Positions 33,301 through 48,300 of a stretch of 64,000 nucleotides of DNA are shown piece after piece. The translations under genes were made by a program, and so were the position numbers. The notes under the pieces were generated by a model. It had not been told where the DNA came from. It saw only the letters and a program-made list of their open reading frames with translations, and ran no database searches. Source of the stretch: Thalia democratica (Eukaryota); NCBI GenBank assembly GCA_965202585.1, contig CBDBBG010000042.1, forward strand, positions 1 through 64,000. Reading direction: 5' to 3'. Positions within the stretch are counted from its first letter, which is position 1. Each line of letters opens with the position of its first letter.

Positions 33301-36300
33301 TAATGTTAAAGCATCTATCCGAATATAATTTATCAGTTTTATTCAAAAGACTAAAGACCATACAAATAAGGTATACTAACCAAATACAAAAAATATATGC
33401 TAATTTAAATACTTTATTATAAATGTTAGTTATTCAAACCAGACTTATGAGACCGCAACTATCAATTTCATTCAAAAAATTACTTTTGTTAATTTTTTTC
33501 TAATTTACTAAAAAACATTTTTATTAATTAAAATACAATACAACCAGAAAGTATTTTAAGTTTTTTAATTATATAAATACAGTTATTTGTCTTAACTAAA
33601 AAATATTACTCAATTTGCTGGAATGTAAAGCTTATTAAAAAAACAATACAGCTTAAATTTAAGTATTTTATTCACTACCAGGTTTTAGTGGCAAAAATAA
33701 ATTACGAATATGTAAAATATAATAAAATAGTAAAATAGTAACTTTATTATACTTGATAAGGTCGCAAAAATTTTTTTGCCACTGAAACCTGTTAGTGAAT
33801 GAAACACTTAATTTGAACTTGTACTATCATTTTATTAAACATATACAAAACTTTCAAAAAACTATTTGAAAGTACAATAAAACAATAAACTAATTACATA
33901 CAGTTAGTTATCATTATATATATTTTTTTAATTATGTAGACACAAAACTTTCAAACCCGACTGCTGAGCCCGCATTTATCGACTTCGTTCAAAACCCAGC
34001 CTACAGAACCGTCTCCTGAACAGATTAGTACACGGATTGTTTCGAACTTTTGAAACATCTTCAACCTGTGAATAAATATTAACTTAATAAATATAAATTA
34101 ACTACTACAAACTAGTATTAGTATTGTTTCAAATTTTTTGAAGATTTTCAGTATGTAAAAAATAGAATTAAATAATGTAATTTGTACTGTATATAAGCAC
34201 ACAAAATAATTTGTTAAAAAGTTAACATTAGATGTTATGTTCACTTTTAGTTTTGTTTGTTGTAGCTTGTTAGAAGAAAAATATATACTTCGTTTTTAGT
34301 GGACAGTTTCAAATTTAAAAACAACTTAAATTGGTTGCTTTATAAGTTTTTCTTATTTTTATTGTTTAAACACACCAAATAAATCATTATAAATGGTCAC
34401 TATAAGTGTTTTTTACTAAAAAACTCACGTTTTATATAACAACAGCCGTTTAAACTTTAATAGAAATTATGTACAGCAAATGAATAAACTTGTAACTTTA
34501 TACATAAAATAAAATATCGTAAAACCAATACTTTGCAACATTTAGGAAACAATTGGCTATATATAGTGGCAATAAAAAGTTTTACGTCATACTTTGTCAA
34601 CTATTTGCTTTTTAATTCGCTAAGCTTTTAAAAAAAAATAATTTAGCTTATATTATGTTTTTTTTTTGTAAAAGATTGAAAAAAGTTATTTAAAAAAGTA
34701 AGGAATCATTCAAAGGTTACTAGGTTAATTTTCATAATTCTATGAATTACTTAATCAAATAAAGGTGATATGTAAAATAAAACAACAAATAAAACTAAAG
34801 TTGTTTTTTCAAATAGCTATGATGCTTAAAAAAGAATTAATCTAAATTATCTTTTTGTGATTAATCAGAAAATTACTCCTTCTTTAAATAGTTTTTTAAT
34901 TATAAATTTTTCATTACTCATAAAGTACAATTTTAAATCTAAAGCTGGAACCTTTTTTTTTTATTTTTCAAGCTTAACAAAGCAAAAACGTAGTTAATTT
35001 AAACTAAAACTGTTTAAAACAAAGTTGAAGTTCAACGCTGCAAATATTTAATTGCAGCAAAACCTTTACAAAGTTGATTTAATTGATCTTAATTAAGTTG
35101 AGCTCCAAGTTAAACTGATGATTCATCAAGACAATTAGAAGATTTTTTTTGTGAGTTTGCATAAATTAATTTAATCGAGCTTAATATATTTAAGGCGTAA
35201 GAAATATAGAGGAACAGTTTTTTAAGTTGCTATAAACTTGTCTTTAAAAAAAATTAACGAACTGAATATTTGTTAACTCGTATGAAAACAGTCAATATCT
35301 CAGCTATGATTTTTAGTTATTTTCTTAGTTAGCCAAAAACTGTAATTAGTGTTAGCAACATAAATAGTATAGAATATTTTGTATAAACAATGTAAAAAAA
35401 GTGACTTTAATAAAACGGTTAGCACTGAGTACTTAATCAGTTTATTAAAATGCTTAAACTGTGAAAAACATTTATAAATAAATAAAAAAACCTGAGCAAG
35501 GCATGTTTTTAAAATTAGTTGAACCGTACTGAAAATTTTTTAATATTTTTGCGTTATTTTTTGTTAAAATATTTATTTTCCGCACACAAAAAATCTAACA
35601 AATTATGATTAGCTTAAAATTTCAAAAAATCAAATTACCCAGATTTGTAGGTCTATGGCAAGCAAATTGAAAACTTAAGCAATACTCAAAAAAATTATTT
35701 AATCAAAATTTTGTTTATCTAAAAATGAAACTCTTAATTGATATTTTTAAATGTAAATTTAAACTTTTAGTAATTGTTAGAAACCGGAGATTTAATAAAA
35801 TGGGTTTATATATTCGGTAAATTGTTATATATTATATATATATATATATATAATTTATATGTCTAAAAGTCAAACTTTTAATTAATAATTTTTTATGTAA
35901 AGTTCATAATAGCCCAGACTTAGCATGCGAGGTCGAACACTTGAGCCGGGTTCATACTTCATGTACATTAACAACTTTATAAAAAATTACATACCAAATA
36001 ATCAAGCTCTTAGTAACTAATATTAATCGTTGTTATAAATTCAAATTAAAAAATTCAAACCGACCCAGACTTGGGTCCGTAGCATGCTAGGTCGAACACT
36101 TGCGCGGGGTTCATGTACTGCCGGAACCTCCTCAGAAACTTCACGCCCTGGTTGTCTCCGCTTCTGCTGTTCACGAACACCAGCAGTGGCGAAGTGCAGT
36201 TTGATGAGGGGGAAGCGACCCAGAATCCTGTGAGAAATAAGTTTATTTATTTACTATTGTTTAAAAAAAAGCTAGTAAGGGCGAAGTACAGTTAGAAGAC

Positions 36301-39300
36301 GGTGATGCGACTGTGAGAAATGATATAATATTATTTTTTTTAACATTTTTTTGTTTAGAAACACTAGTAATAAGAATATGCAGTTTTAATCATGGTGAAG
36401 CTAGCCGAAAACCTGTAAAAATCATGCAAGTTTAAAGTGATAACCGAAATACTGTTAGCCCAGATTTCTGTTATAAAAATGAATTATTTCTTATTATCAA
36501 ACTATTTATATGTTTTACAAAAACTAATAGGTTAAGTACAGTTTGATGAGGGAGAAGCAACCCGAATCGTGTGAGAAATATGAAATAAATTAATATCAAG
36601 AGTTTATAAAAAAAAATTGAAATATAAATTATTTTTGAAATGAAGAAAATTAAAATATATTTCAGTTGTCCTTATCGCTCAAACTGTCATTTTAATAAAA
36701 AAACATGATTTTAAAGACTCTTAACTACAAATTGTACTTGTGTATAATTATAAACATTGTCTAATGAAAATATAACAAAAAAGTTTACGCAAAAAAACTT
36801 GAAGAAAATGAGTAGAAATAAAATATTATTTTTATGAATTTAAGTCTTTTTCACATGACACAAATACTATTTATTTAATGTTTGTTTCCTAGAAGTCATA
36901 TTTTACAGCTTTTTCATTATGCGCTAAAAATACTAATTTGCAAGCCACATCATAAGACAAAAATAAACTGACCATATGGTTCCGCTTAAACGTTTTATTT
37001 GAAGTGTTCACTTTGATATTTTATTTTTAGAACCTACAATAGATATTTAAATGGAGAGAAAGTTTTTACACACAAAGTTATCTTTAAACAAATTTTAAAT
37101 TTAAAGTTTTATGAAAAGGAAAAAATACAATAAGAGTTTAGAAAATGCGTTTGGAATAAATGAATTTAAATCTCCATTGAATTTGACTTGTAACGAAGTA
37201 GGAAAGCGACAATGAAATTTTTTTGTAAATTTATTTTTGGTACCGCTCGTGAAAATTAAATATATATTTAGCATAAATTCCGTATACATAAAAGAAAAGA
37301 ACCTTTTCAAAAACTTCACTGTTGCACTAAAACTTTTAAAGTAAACTTTTACGAAAACAAGAGTTTTCAAAAATAAACTGGAAGAAAATTACAAGTGTAT
37401 TTGAACGAGAAGATTATCTTTTTACAAAAACTCTACACTAATCCTGTAGTATACTTGAACTTGGAGCACTTACAAAGTGTGAAAACAACATACTTAGTAA
37501 TTTGTGGTTTGGATTGTAATGAAAGTTAAGATGCTTGATGTTCAGTACTTAAGTTGTAATGTGTTTAAGTTTGGATTTGTCAAAAGCTTCTTTTCAAAAG
37601 TTTATTTTTGGCCCGAGATAGGCTGTATTAAATAAACTTTACACTAAATACAATGATAACAGCTTTTGTAAGTTTATAATTTATTAGCTGAAAACACTTT
37701 CGATAAGTTGTTTTGCGTTTAACACAATTTATTTATTTTTTTCACAAAGTAAGACTAGTTGACAACAACAATAGAACTTTACAAAAACCACAATAAACTC
37801 GTTTGTGGGCCAACTGACAATTTTTAAAAACTTTGGGATATTTTTTATTTTCAGCATTATTTATTTTCATTTTATCATAACTTTAAGCTAAACTGACTCT
37901 GTTAAATAAACTTTACACGAATTACAATAACAACAGGTTTTGTAAGTTATTAACTCATAAACTTAAAAACACTTTGTGCTTAGCAGAATTTTTTTAAATT
38001 TTATCATAACTACAGACTAACTTGGCAATATTAAGAACAACTTAAAAATACTATAACAGTATATGCAAGTTATGGTAAACACATTTTTGATATTACATTG
38101 TGTTCGGCATAATCTTTTTAATTTGTAATAAGTATATGCTAGGTTGACTACAATAAATAAAACTCTACAAGTTCTAACTACTACAACATACTTAAGTTTT
38201 TTTTTTAAGTGGCAAAAGTTTTTTGAAAAATTTTGTGTTTAGCACAAGTTTTTCAAACCTTATCACTACCATAAATCTTTACAACAGTGTAAGTTAAACA
38301 TATATAAAGTTTAAATCCGCATTGTGAAGCTTAACAAATTGACCATTACAAACTTTATGCCTTAAAGTAAAGTTAACGACAAGACACAACTTAAAAACAA
38401 TATATACACATTTAGTTTAAGCCCTCAACTTTATTTTAATTTATTTTAGCTGATTCACCTTAAGATTAAACTGATTTTAAACATGATGAAAAAAACAATA
38501 AAACATTTGCATTGTGAAAATGTAAAGCACAAATTAAAAGAAAACCAAAACTGCATACAACTCATAAAAAAATGTGCAATACAATTGTAAAAAAAAGCCA
38601 TTACTTCCTACATATTAATAATTAAAACGGTATATTATGAAGAAGGCTTTACTTTCGCGTAATTTTCTTCATTTTACGTTAAAACAACGTCGCGAAACAT
38701 AGTTTTGAATTTAATTCCATAATGGACAAAAGTAATGTGCTATGACGCGCTTACTCAGTTTTTTCGATGTACATTATTCACCGAATTCAATTAAATAAAA
38801 GTATAAAACTATTGAAACATATTTGAAATAAATTAAATTAAAGTAAAAAAAGTATCAATAGCATAAAATTAGACATTATTCACCGAATTCAATTAAATAA
38901 ATGTCTTTTACAAATAAAATATATTTAAAATAAACTGAATTAATATAAAAAAGTATCAATAATACTAATATATTGAAACTGTTTTGAAAATTTTTAAATT
39001 CACATAAATTTTATATTAGTTGTCATTTTTACTTTTAATGATTTATTACAGATTTACAGTTTGAAAATCCGCTTTTTGTTGTAATTTTGTTTTTGAAAAT
39101 AATAAAATTTTAATTTTAAATAATGTCTTTTCAACGGAACTACTTGTAAATGTAAACTACGTTGGTAATATAATCGTTAATTTTTTTTAACTCTAAGATA
39201 ACGAAAAAGTTATGCTATTTGTACTATAATTGACTAAATAAAAGTGATATGACACAATTTTAAAATGGTTTAACTTCATAAGTTTTCACAGCGATTTGTT

Positions 39301-42300
39301 ATAATTTCATAAGTTTTTTTTCCTTAGATTGCTAGTGATGAAGTCTATATCATAAATTTTATAAAATTCCAAGTAAAAAGTTAAACTATATAATAGGTTA
39401 GAATAAATTCGGTTAAATAAAGTTACTTACACTTATTTATTGTTTAATATTTATTTTAATACTAGTTTTTTGAGTAAACAACCTTTTAAAGTAAATTTTG
39501 TATAAATTGTCAAGTATATTTAATTAAGATAATATCAAATACTTTAAATAGCACTATTCTTTGAATCAATAAAGCTTTTTATGCAAAAACAAATAAAAAA
39601 CTTAATAATAACACGCAACGAAGTTAATTTTTTATAGTAAACATTGAAAAATATATAGAACTTAAAGTTCATCAGTGTACATCAGATTTTAAAATTGTTC
39701 AAAATAAAACCCAGTTGATTAGTAGATTAAAATAAAGAAAATCACGCTAATACAAAGATAAAAACTTATAATAAACTTTTTAGTTTAGGCAGTTTTAACT
39801 TTAATCGACAAAATAAAACAACTTTTCTGTGAAACTTAATTTCAATCCAATCAGTTTGTTTCAGAGTTTAAAATTGTATAACAAACAAATCTAATTGATT
39901 ACTAAAAAATAAAATAGCCCGGCTTGCAAACGAAACCAAAATTCTAAAATCAATTTTTCGGTTCGGACTTTAATAAAGATCTAGTTTAAAGTTCGAATAA
40001 ATTAAAACAACCGTAAGATTACCGCTCGAGAAAGACAACTTTTTATCATTTGTTTTTGAGCTCAAAACTTTAAAAGAACCTAATTAGGAAAAAATATATA
40101 TATTACAAAAAAACGTTTAAAAAATTCAAATCAATTTAGTAAGTCTTTATTTCGAAATCTCACAAAAGCTCTTAATAAAGAAAACACAAAGCATATTACC
40201 GATAATCAAAAATCTAATTAATTCTAACCGCAGACCGTTGACATTTAAACCAAATATTAAAGAAAACGAAATATAACACGCACACCAAACAAAAACATCC
40301 TGCTACGGTATTAGATTTATTTCCAATTCATCACTTTGGGAAGCTTCGAGATAAAAAGTATGAATTTCAATCATTATTCTTGGAAGCGATTTTATAGGTT
40401 GAAAAGTTTTCGATCAAATTTACAAAGTATCGTTCACCAAATTTGCGAAGAAACTAAGTTTAGTTTTTTAGAATTAGAAAAGGTTTCACGTAACTTTCAC
40501 GTTTTTATGCTTTACTCAAGCATTTGGTAAAACGATTTAATTCACTTTTGTGTTCGAAAACAAAAATTCCAACTTTAAATACATTTTGTACAACTATTTT
40601 AGATCTTTTAAAGCAACTTACTGGAAAAACTGGACTTTTACTGTTACGTTACATAAAAATACTCTTATCTCGTTTTCAGGTTAAAAAAAATAAAGTAAAA
40701 ATAAACATCGTTCTTTTTAAGTTTTTAATTTAAAACACTTTACATAAGTCATTGTATAAGTTTTTAAATTTTAAACTAGAGCTTTACACACTTAAATAAA
40801 ACACCGGAAACCGTTTTATAAGCTCTATACTCTTTTGACTTATGTATATTTAAAAAATTGTTTTTCGTTTTATGGGTACGAAAAAGTAAATGGTGATACA
40901 ATTTTCAAAGCCTTTACTTTGTTTTACTTTTACATTTACAATTATCAATAACTTTTTTAATACGTTGTATTTTTTAAATTAGTAAAACAAAAAATTGTAG
41001 AGTCTATTAACAATTATTTATAATTACTATTAAATTAGTCTTTCTTTAAAATATTTAACTATAAATTAAAAAATATATGTGTAATTAATAAAAAACACTA
41101 TATGCTTTTTAATGTATGTTCTTTTAAAAATATCAAAAACAAGTAACAATGTTATCTTAAATAAAAAAAAAAAGAAAAATTAAGTTGTTGTAAAGACTTG
41201 AATCACAGTGTACTAAAAGATAAATTTAATTAAATAAACAGCTCAGTTTCAGTCAAGTTGCAAAGAATCAATTGTTGTTGAGAACACTTGTAATAAATAC
41301 GATTAAAAATACTCGTGGGAAAGTTTTTGTTTCGAACAGGAGTGCATTAAGTTTCGGTGAAAATTGTGCGAATACTTGGTAAATTATATTTTTCCACACG
41401 TATCTTAGTCTTTTTGTGTAATTTAAAAAGCTATTTCAATGTGAAATCAAACTAAGTAATATATAGTATCCTTTAAGTAAGCTGTTTAGTGTGATATCGC
41501 ATGTGTGAATAAACACAACTCTTTCCTGCGAGTTTTAATGATTTTTTTTTGTTTGAAAGACATTATAATAAATTTAAACAAAAGTTTGATGTTTAAATTA
41601 CCGTTTAATTTATATAAATGTATAAGTGAAAGTGATAAAAGTAAATTAAAAAAACTAAAATGTTGCTACAAACATTGTGGAGACTATTATAATTAAACAC
41701 ATAAATATACCAGTCATGCCACCACCATTACCACTAGAATGGGAATGATTATAAGTAGAAGGTGTCTTTAACCACCCATTTTTCTATGAGATATTTATAG
41801 TTAAACATAAAAAAATTGTTATTACAAGTAACCATTTGAATCATAGACAAATATGACAATAATTGCATTAAAGTCGGAAGCAACACTGAATGTCTACAAC
41901 TATCCATAGTATTATGAGGTAATTACAGTTAGACACATATACTGTATAACTATTATCTTTAAAACACCATACAGCTACCCGTTTTACTACTAAATAAGAT
42001 AGTAAGATAATATATTAAAACTGAATGTCTAAAACTTCTAATAGTTTTACGATAAGTATATAAAAATGTTATCAATCTGTTATTACGTCATACTGACCGT
42101 TCGAATCGTAGGAATGTATCGAAGTTGGCGGTAGAACTGAATGTCTGCAACTGCCGAGTGTGCACCTCTGAGGCATGTGCTGTTTGCATTTGTCGTGTAC
42201 CTGAGTGAAAATGTAATAATAAAATTGAATAACTAAAAAATACTGAAACATGAATAGGCATCATAATTGAATCATATACTGTTATTTAGACTCTAAATAT

Positions 42301-45300
42301 ATTAACGGTGCTGTTTGCATTTGTCGTGTACCTACATTGAAAAAACATAATAAAATAAAAACTGTCCTTTTAGGATAAACAGTGTCAGCTAAAGTAACAA
42401 TCGTTGAAGAAATTTATGATAAATTAATAGAAAAACAACTAAAAATACTTCGAAACATGAATACACCGGATGATTAAACTGTAAATGCGTACAAATGTTA
42501 TTTAATTGTAGTTTATTTTCTTAAATATGAGATGATAACTGTAGTTTAAATTTCTTGGTTGGCAAACAAAATCGTCAAGCTTGTAATTCTATGTGATTAA
42601 TTTAATTAATTTGGTATAAGTGACAGTTTTAAACAAATGGTAATAATCCTGGAAAAATTGTACTTTAAACTTTTAAAGTTGACAATTTTGTTGAAGTTTT
42701 AGTGTAGTTAGACATGACCATTAGTTTATTTGTATTAATTTGTAAACGACATTTTTTGCATATGATTAATTAAACCCCCTATAATTTTGTAATTGTTCTT
42801 AGAAAATAAGTTTTTTTTTAATTAAGTTAATCTTTTGATCTATTAGAAAAGCACGATTTTCGACTAAAATAGTTACTTTACCTTTTAATGACGATCTTGT
42901 TTAAATATAACTCAATTCAAAACGACATGAGAAATTATACTGGTCATAACGATTAATTGTCGAATTGCAATAAAATTTGTCAATTAAGCATTAATTGGCT
43001 GGAGGTCAGTAGGCATTAACACACTTTGTATTTTTTATTTTTCTTTATAAGTTTGTACAAACAGTTATTTGTATAATTTTAGTAAACACTTACAACCTTT
43101 GCTTAAAACTGAATATTTTGAACAAAATTATAAAGTTTTACGCACAAAAACACGTTATATAAATATGCAACAAAGTGTTTTTATTGTTTTTTGTTAATTT
43201 ATCGTTAATTGAATATTAATTTGCAAAGATTATTAGGATTTTGTGTATAAAAAACACTATCTCAAAGTATTCAGCGTCTTTAAGCTGTTGTTATTTATAA
43301 AAATAAAACACTTTTTTTTAGAACTTTTTTGTAAGCATTTTTCTTTTTTACTCAAAGTTATGTTTTTTTGAATCATGTTAAATTTTTTTACGCATAACAA
43401 AGCTAAATAACTAAAACAAGTTTGTTGATTTTTTTACATTTAAATGCATGCGTTTTTAAGTTTTGAACTAAAATAAAAGTTTTTTAAACAGTTTTTGCCT
43501 ACTTGTAATTCTTTTTGAATATATATCAAAAAAAAAACGTATCTTCAAGCGTTTAAAATGTAAAAAGCTTTTACTATCTTTAAAATGCGTCAAACATTAC
43601 TCCCAGTATTTTTTAGAACTTGTATGGCTAAACTAAAATTGATTTCATCAAAAAAAAAAAGTTTTCGATAAACAACACCATATTTAAACAATTTATCTCA
43701 ATTGCAATGACAAATGAAAATCAATTGGCTTGCGTCAGTAAAATTCTAAAATTAACAAGATTCGAAATATTTATCAAACTTTAAAAAAAATTCTCCAAGT
43801 TAGCAGTTTTTGTTTTAACTGAAGAGTAAAACTGTAACCAAGATGATTTATTTGATTTTTTACTTAAATACTAAATATACTAACTTTTCTTTTTTTTTTT
43901 GTTACGAGTCAATTAGTGGTTTTTTTTTATTATCTGACTTATTATTGTTCTTCTTTTTAACTTTTTTTAATATTTATAACTTAAATTCTAATTGATTAAT
44001 TGGATTGTTTTTGGAACAACTGTTATTGAACATTTGATCATAAAAACCTTCTTATATATAAACATAAGTCTTTTAAGCATACTATCACTTTATAGCTTAC
44101 TTTAAAAGTATTGACACAAGTTGATTTAGTAATATTTTCAAATCCAAATAAAAGCATTTTTTGACCAAAGGTGCAAAAAATTTATTTTATTGCTTTTTAT
44201 AAGTAAACGTTTCTTTTGGGCAATACTTTAAGTATATAACATCTTTACTTTAAAACTGATAAATAGCTAAAGAATGTGAAATTTTTGGTGTTTAAAATGT
44301 GTTCTTGATAACTGGTTGGAAATAAAAACAGAACGATTTTACTTCCAAAATTTAGTTGCTTATTTGTCAAACCAACAACTGCTCTACACCAAAAACATTT
44401 CTTACATTGTAACTTTTACCCATTCCACAACTATTACTTTAATAATTTACTAATTATTTGATATGTAAAATTCAAACTAACTTTACACAATAAACATTTC
44501 CACATTTCTTATTTTAATTGAAATGTTTATTTTATATATAATTTTAAACCAACTACGGCTTCAAGTCAAAGACATTTCCAGTCTTGTAGCTTTAGTTCCA
44601 AATTTTTATTTTTATTAAACTAATTTATACATAATTTCAAACTAACAACAGCTCTACACTAAAGACATTTCTGATCTTGTAACTTTAACACATTTCTACG
44701 TTTCTTATTTTAATTTAATTATTTTTTTATATATAATTTCAAACCGACCACCGCTTTGCACCACAGCACTTCCAATCTTGCAGTCTCAGCACACTGCCAC
44801 AGTTCTTGTCGCAAACGCAACATTTCGCGTTAACCGGCAAGTTGCCTTCCAACCACTGGTGCACTATGTATATCTGTGAGTAAATTTTTTTTAATTAGTT
44901 TGCTATTTAGACCTGTTTGTAAATTAAATTTCAAAAAAATACAAAAAAATATTATTTTTTATCGAGTCTACATCACAAATATTTTTATTTTAATTAGTTT
45001 GCTATTTAGAATACTACGTATATTTGTTTGTAAAATTACTAATTTTTTTAATTCAGTTTACTATTTAGGAAACTATGAAAGCCTGTGAGTAAAATGGTGA
45101 TTTTTTTTTAATCTTTAGAGTGCTATGCAGATCTGTTTGTAAAATCATTTTGTAAAAAAGTACAAAAAAAATATTTTCGTTTATCGAGTCTTCTTCACAA
45201 AAAACATTTTTTTTTAATTAGTTTACTTTTTATAAAACTAGGTAGATCTGCTTGTAAAGTTATCTAATGTAAAAAATTGCCTAAAACAATTATCAAGTCT

Positions 45301-48300
45301 GCTTCACATTATGTTGTGTTTGTGACGTAATAAGGGCGCGGAGCAACATACACTAATTTACGAGTTTAATTATTTAATGAGAACTAACAGTGAGTCTATA
45401 TTGTATTTTACTTTGCATTTTGTGATTAACTATCCCTGATTGAGTATAAAAGATAATTTGGTTTTAAATGTTATATAAATCGCATCCTCAAGTTATTTTA
45501 TAAATAAGCAAATCTAGTAGGCATAGTTTATAATAAATATTTATTTGATTAAAATAAAAACACATTTACACAAAAAGGTTTACAAAAGTACTTTCTTTCT
45601 AAGTGCTGATGGACTGTGTACGTGTTTTTTGGAATATAAAATAAAAATAATTGTGTTAAAGTTCTAAAATAATGTTTTTAGTAATTATTAACGCACGCTG
45701 GTGTGATATAATAATTTTTTTCCAAGATCTATTTACATCACTGGTTCATATTTCTGACCTGTATGCTAAAAAAAATCAATAGTGTTTTGGCGAGTTTTAT
45801 AAAATTCAGATTTAATCACCTTGGCGTGATGCCCCATGTGTATTAAGCAGGAAATGGGAAAATCGATGAAAATATTTACAAGTTTTTTTTTCATACTTAT
45901 ATAACAATGTCAACATTTTCAACTGTAATTACGATAAAATTTCAATTTGAAAAATTTGACAAATGTTCATACTGATTGTCAAAAACTTATTTTTTTACCA
46001 TTGATTTGTAAAACCTTGTAAACAAATCGATGGTTTTATTCACACGTACACATTTACATTAAATTATTCACAAAAGACTACAGTTAATCAATGGTAAACT
46101 ATTTAAAGTTTTATAGATTTTTCTTGAAAATAAAATTTTGCCCTTTAACAAAATCACATGTTTTTGTGCTTCGCATTCTGTGAACAGAAAGTTTACTGAT
46201 TTTAATCCATTTTAATTCAATTAGCCAAAAGCCAACAGAGTTTGTCAATGGGATTTCCTAGGGCTTAATCCGAAGTGGAAAAGGAAATGTAAAGTTAAAG
46301 ATTTGAAACTTATTTTGAAGAAATATAGAGAAAATAAATTCTAGCTGAAGTTATTTTAAGCTTAATCTATGGACCACAGATTTTATACTAATAGTTTTAA
46401 AAGTACGTAAACATCCTAACTAAAACTAATTTAAAAAATATTTTCTAATTAATTAAAAGAGAATTAAAACTATGTACACGCTATATATATTCAGATTGAA
46501 TCTTATTCTTAACCTAGCTTTGAATAATTTGCCTAAATTGAAACAATTTTTACTTCTTTGTTTCATTGTTGCACAATGCTTTTACAATCTTTATTGATAA
46601 TAAATTGAATCGTGAATTTAAAACTGGTATAGGTTTTTTTTCAACCTATTATCAAATGTTATGCAACTGCAAAAACATGTGAAATACTGTTGTTATGTAA
46701 AATAACAAAATAAATAAACAAACTGACAAATGAATATGATTTAAATAATAAATATACACATATGGGAAAGCGTTTTAAAGACGATAAATTAGATTTATTA
46801 GGGTTAAAACACGCTATTATCGTCGAAAATATATGAATTTTAAATATGATTTTTTTATTAAATTGTTATAAAATGTTGCATAAGAAAAAAATATGTTGTC
46901 ACTAATAACAGCTTGGTAATGAGCAGTAAAATTGATTTAAATTTTATTGCGTATTTTGTTTAGGGTGGTTTATTTTTTTATACATTCAGATATATACAAA
47001 AAAAAATCATGTATATAAAAAATATATTTACAGATATATCAAAAAATATGTTTTTTTTTCATGTAACATATAGTTTTCTCAACATATAACTTAATTCACA
47101 TGTATTTATGTTATTTTTCATTTTTTCCTTTATCATTTTATAACAGACTTGCAATTTAAAAAACTGCTTTGCGATGAAACAGTGTAATTTTGTTTCTTGA
47201 AATAATAAAACTAAAAAAATTAAAAATTAATTTAACATCATATCATGTTTTAGCACTAAAATTCAACAACTCATTATGCTAACAACTAAAAGTTTTACAA
47301 TTTTTTTATTTTTTAAATTTTTTTTTGAGTTTAGTTATATAAGATTTTTTATAAGTATATTTGATTAAATTAATTTTCGTAGAAAAAATGACAAAACATT
47401 TATTACTTTACAGTTGAAAAATGTATTTTTACATTAACTTATAAAAACAACTCAGTATTATAATAAGTTATAAGCAATAAAATTCAAGAAATTTTATTTA
47501 CCAATATCTTAAGGGAACTTTTATTACATTACTTATACAGACTAGAACATTTCTATGGTAAACTTAATTATGTAAGGGCTTTTGTTTATAAAATAATGTT
47601 ATAAAAATTATTTTCACATAAACATTAGACTGCATGTCAATTTAAAATTAAAGGCATAAGTTGTTTTGCAATTTAAACAGCGCAGTAATGTATTAAGTTG
47701 TGAGCACTAAAGTTTCACAACTCGTTTTCGCTAATGGATTAAAAGCGTTTATTATGAAATTATTTTTACATGCTAGACCTCACGATGAACTCTGTTTTGT
47801 GGGATTTTTTAATACAAAGTGGTTTTTCAGGGTTGCCAATTATTTTGATAAAACTACTTTAAATGTGCTTTTTAGTTTAAATTTTTTTTTTTGATAGCAA
47901 CAAAAATTTAATTTATATGGTAGGTTTTTGTTTCTGATTAAAATATTACTACTTAACGCGTAAAATTGTTTAAAACTCCGCATTTTCTTAATTCCCAAAT
48001 TACAGATTTTTCCAGGTTTGATTTAGCCTAAACTGTCAAAATCCAGGTTTTTCCAGGATTTCAGGTTTTTTAGCAACCCTGCTTTATATTAATGAATAAT
48101 ACCTTAACAAACATTTTGTTAATAGAACGTTTTTAAGGTAACAGTTATTAAATTATTTATATTTTACAGAACAGGCTATACAAAAAATAACTTGATTACT
48201 TAAAGATCACTTGTACACAGAAGTAAAATTTAAAAATTACTACTGGTTTGAAGTATAATTCAGGTGTTTATTTGCTTTAATAGCGTTATTTAAAATTAGT

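Noticed and set aside
5541-44766. Programmed ribosomal frameshifting as the cause of the frame breaks
   Set aside because: No slippery heptamers, shifts are in both directions, and all fall at C/G doublets; consensus error is simpler.
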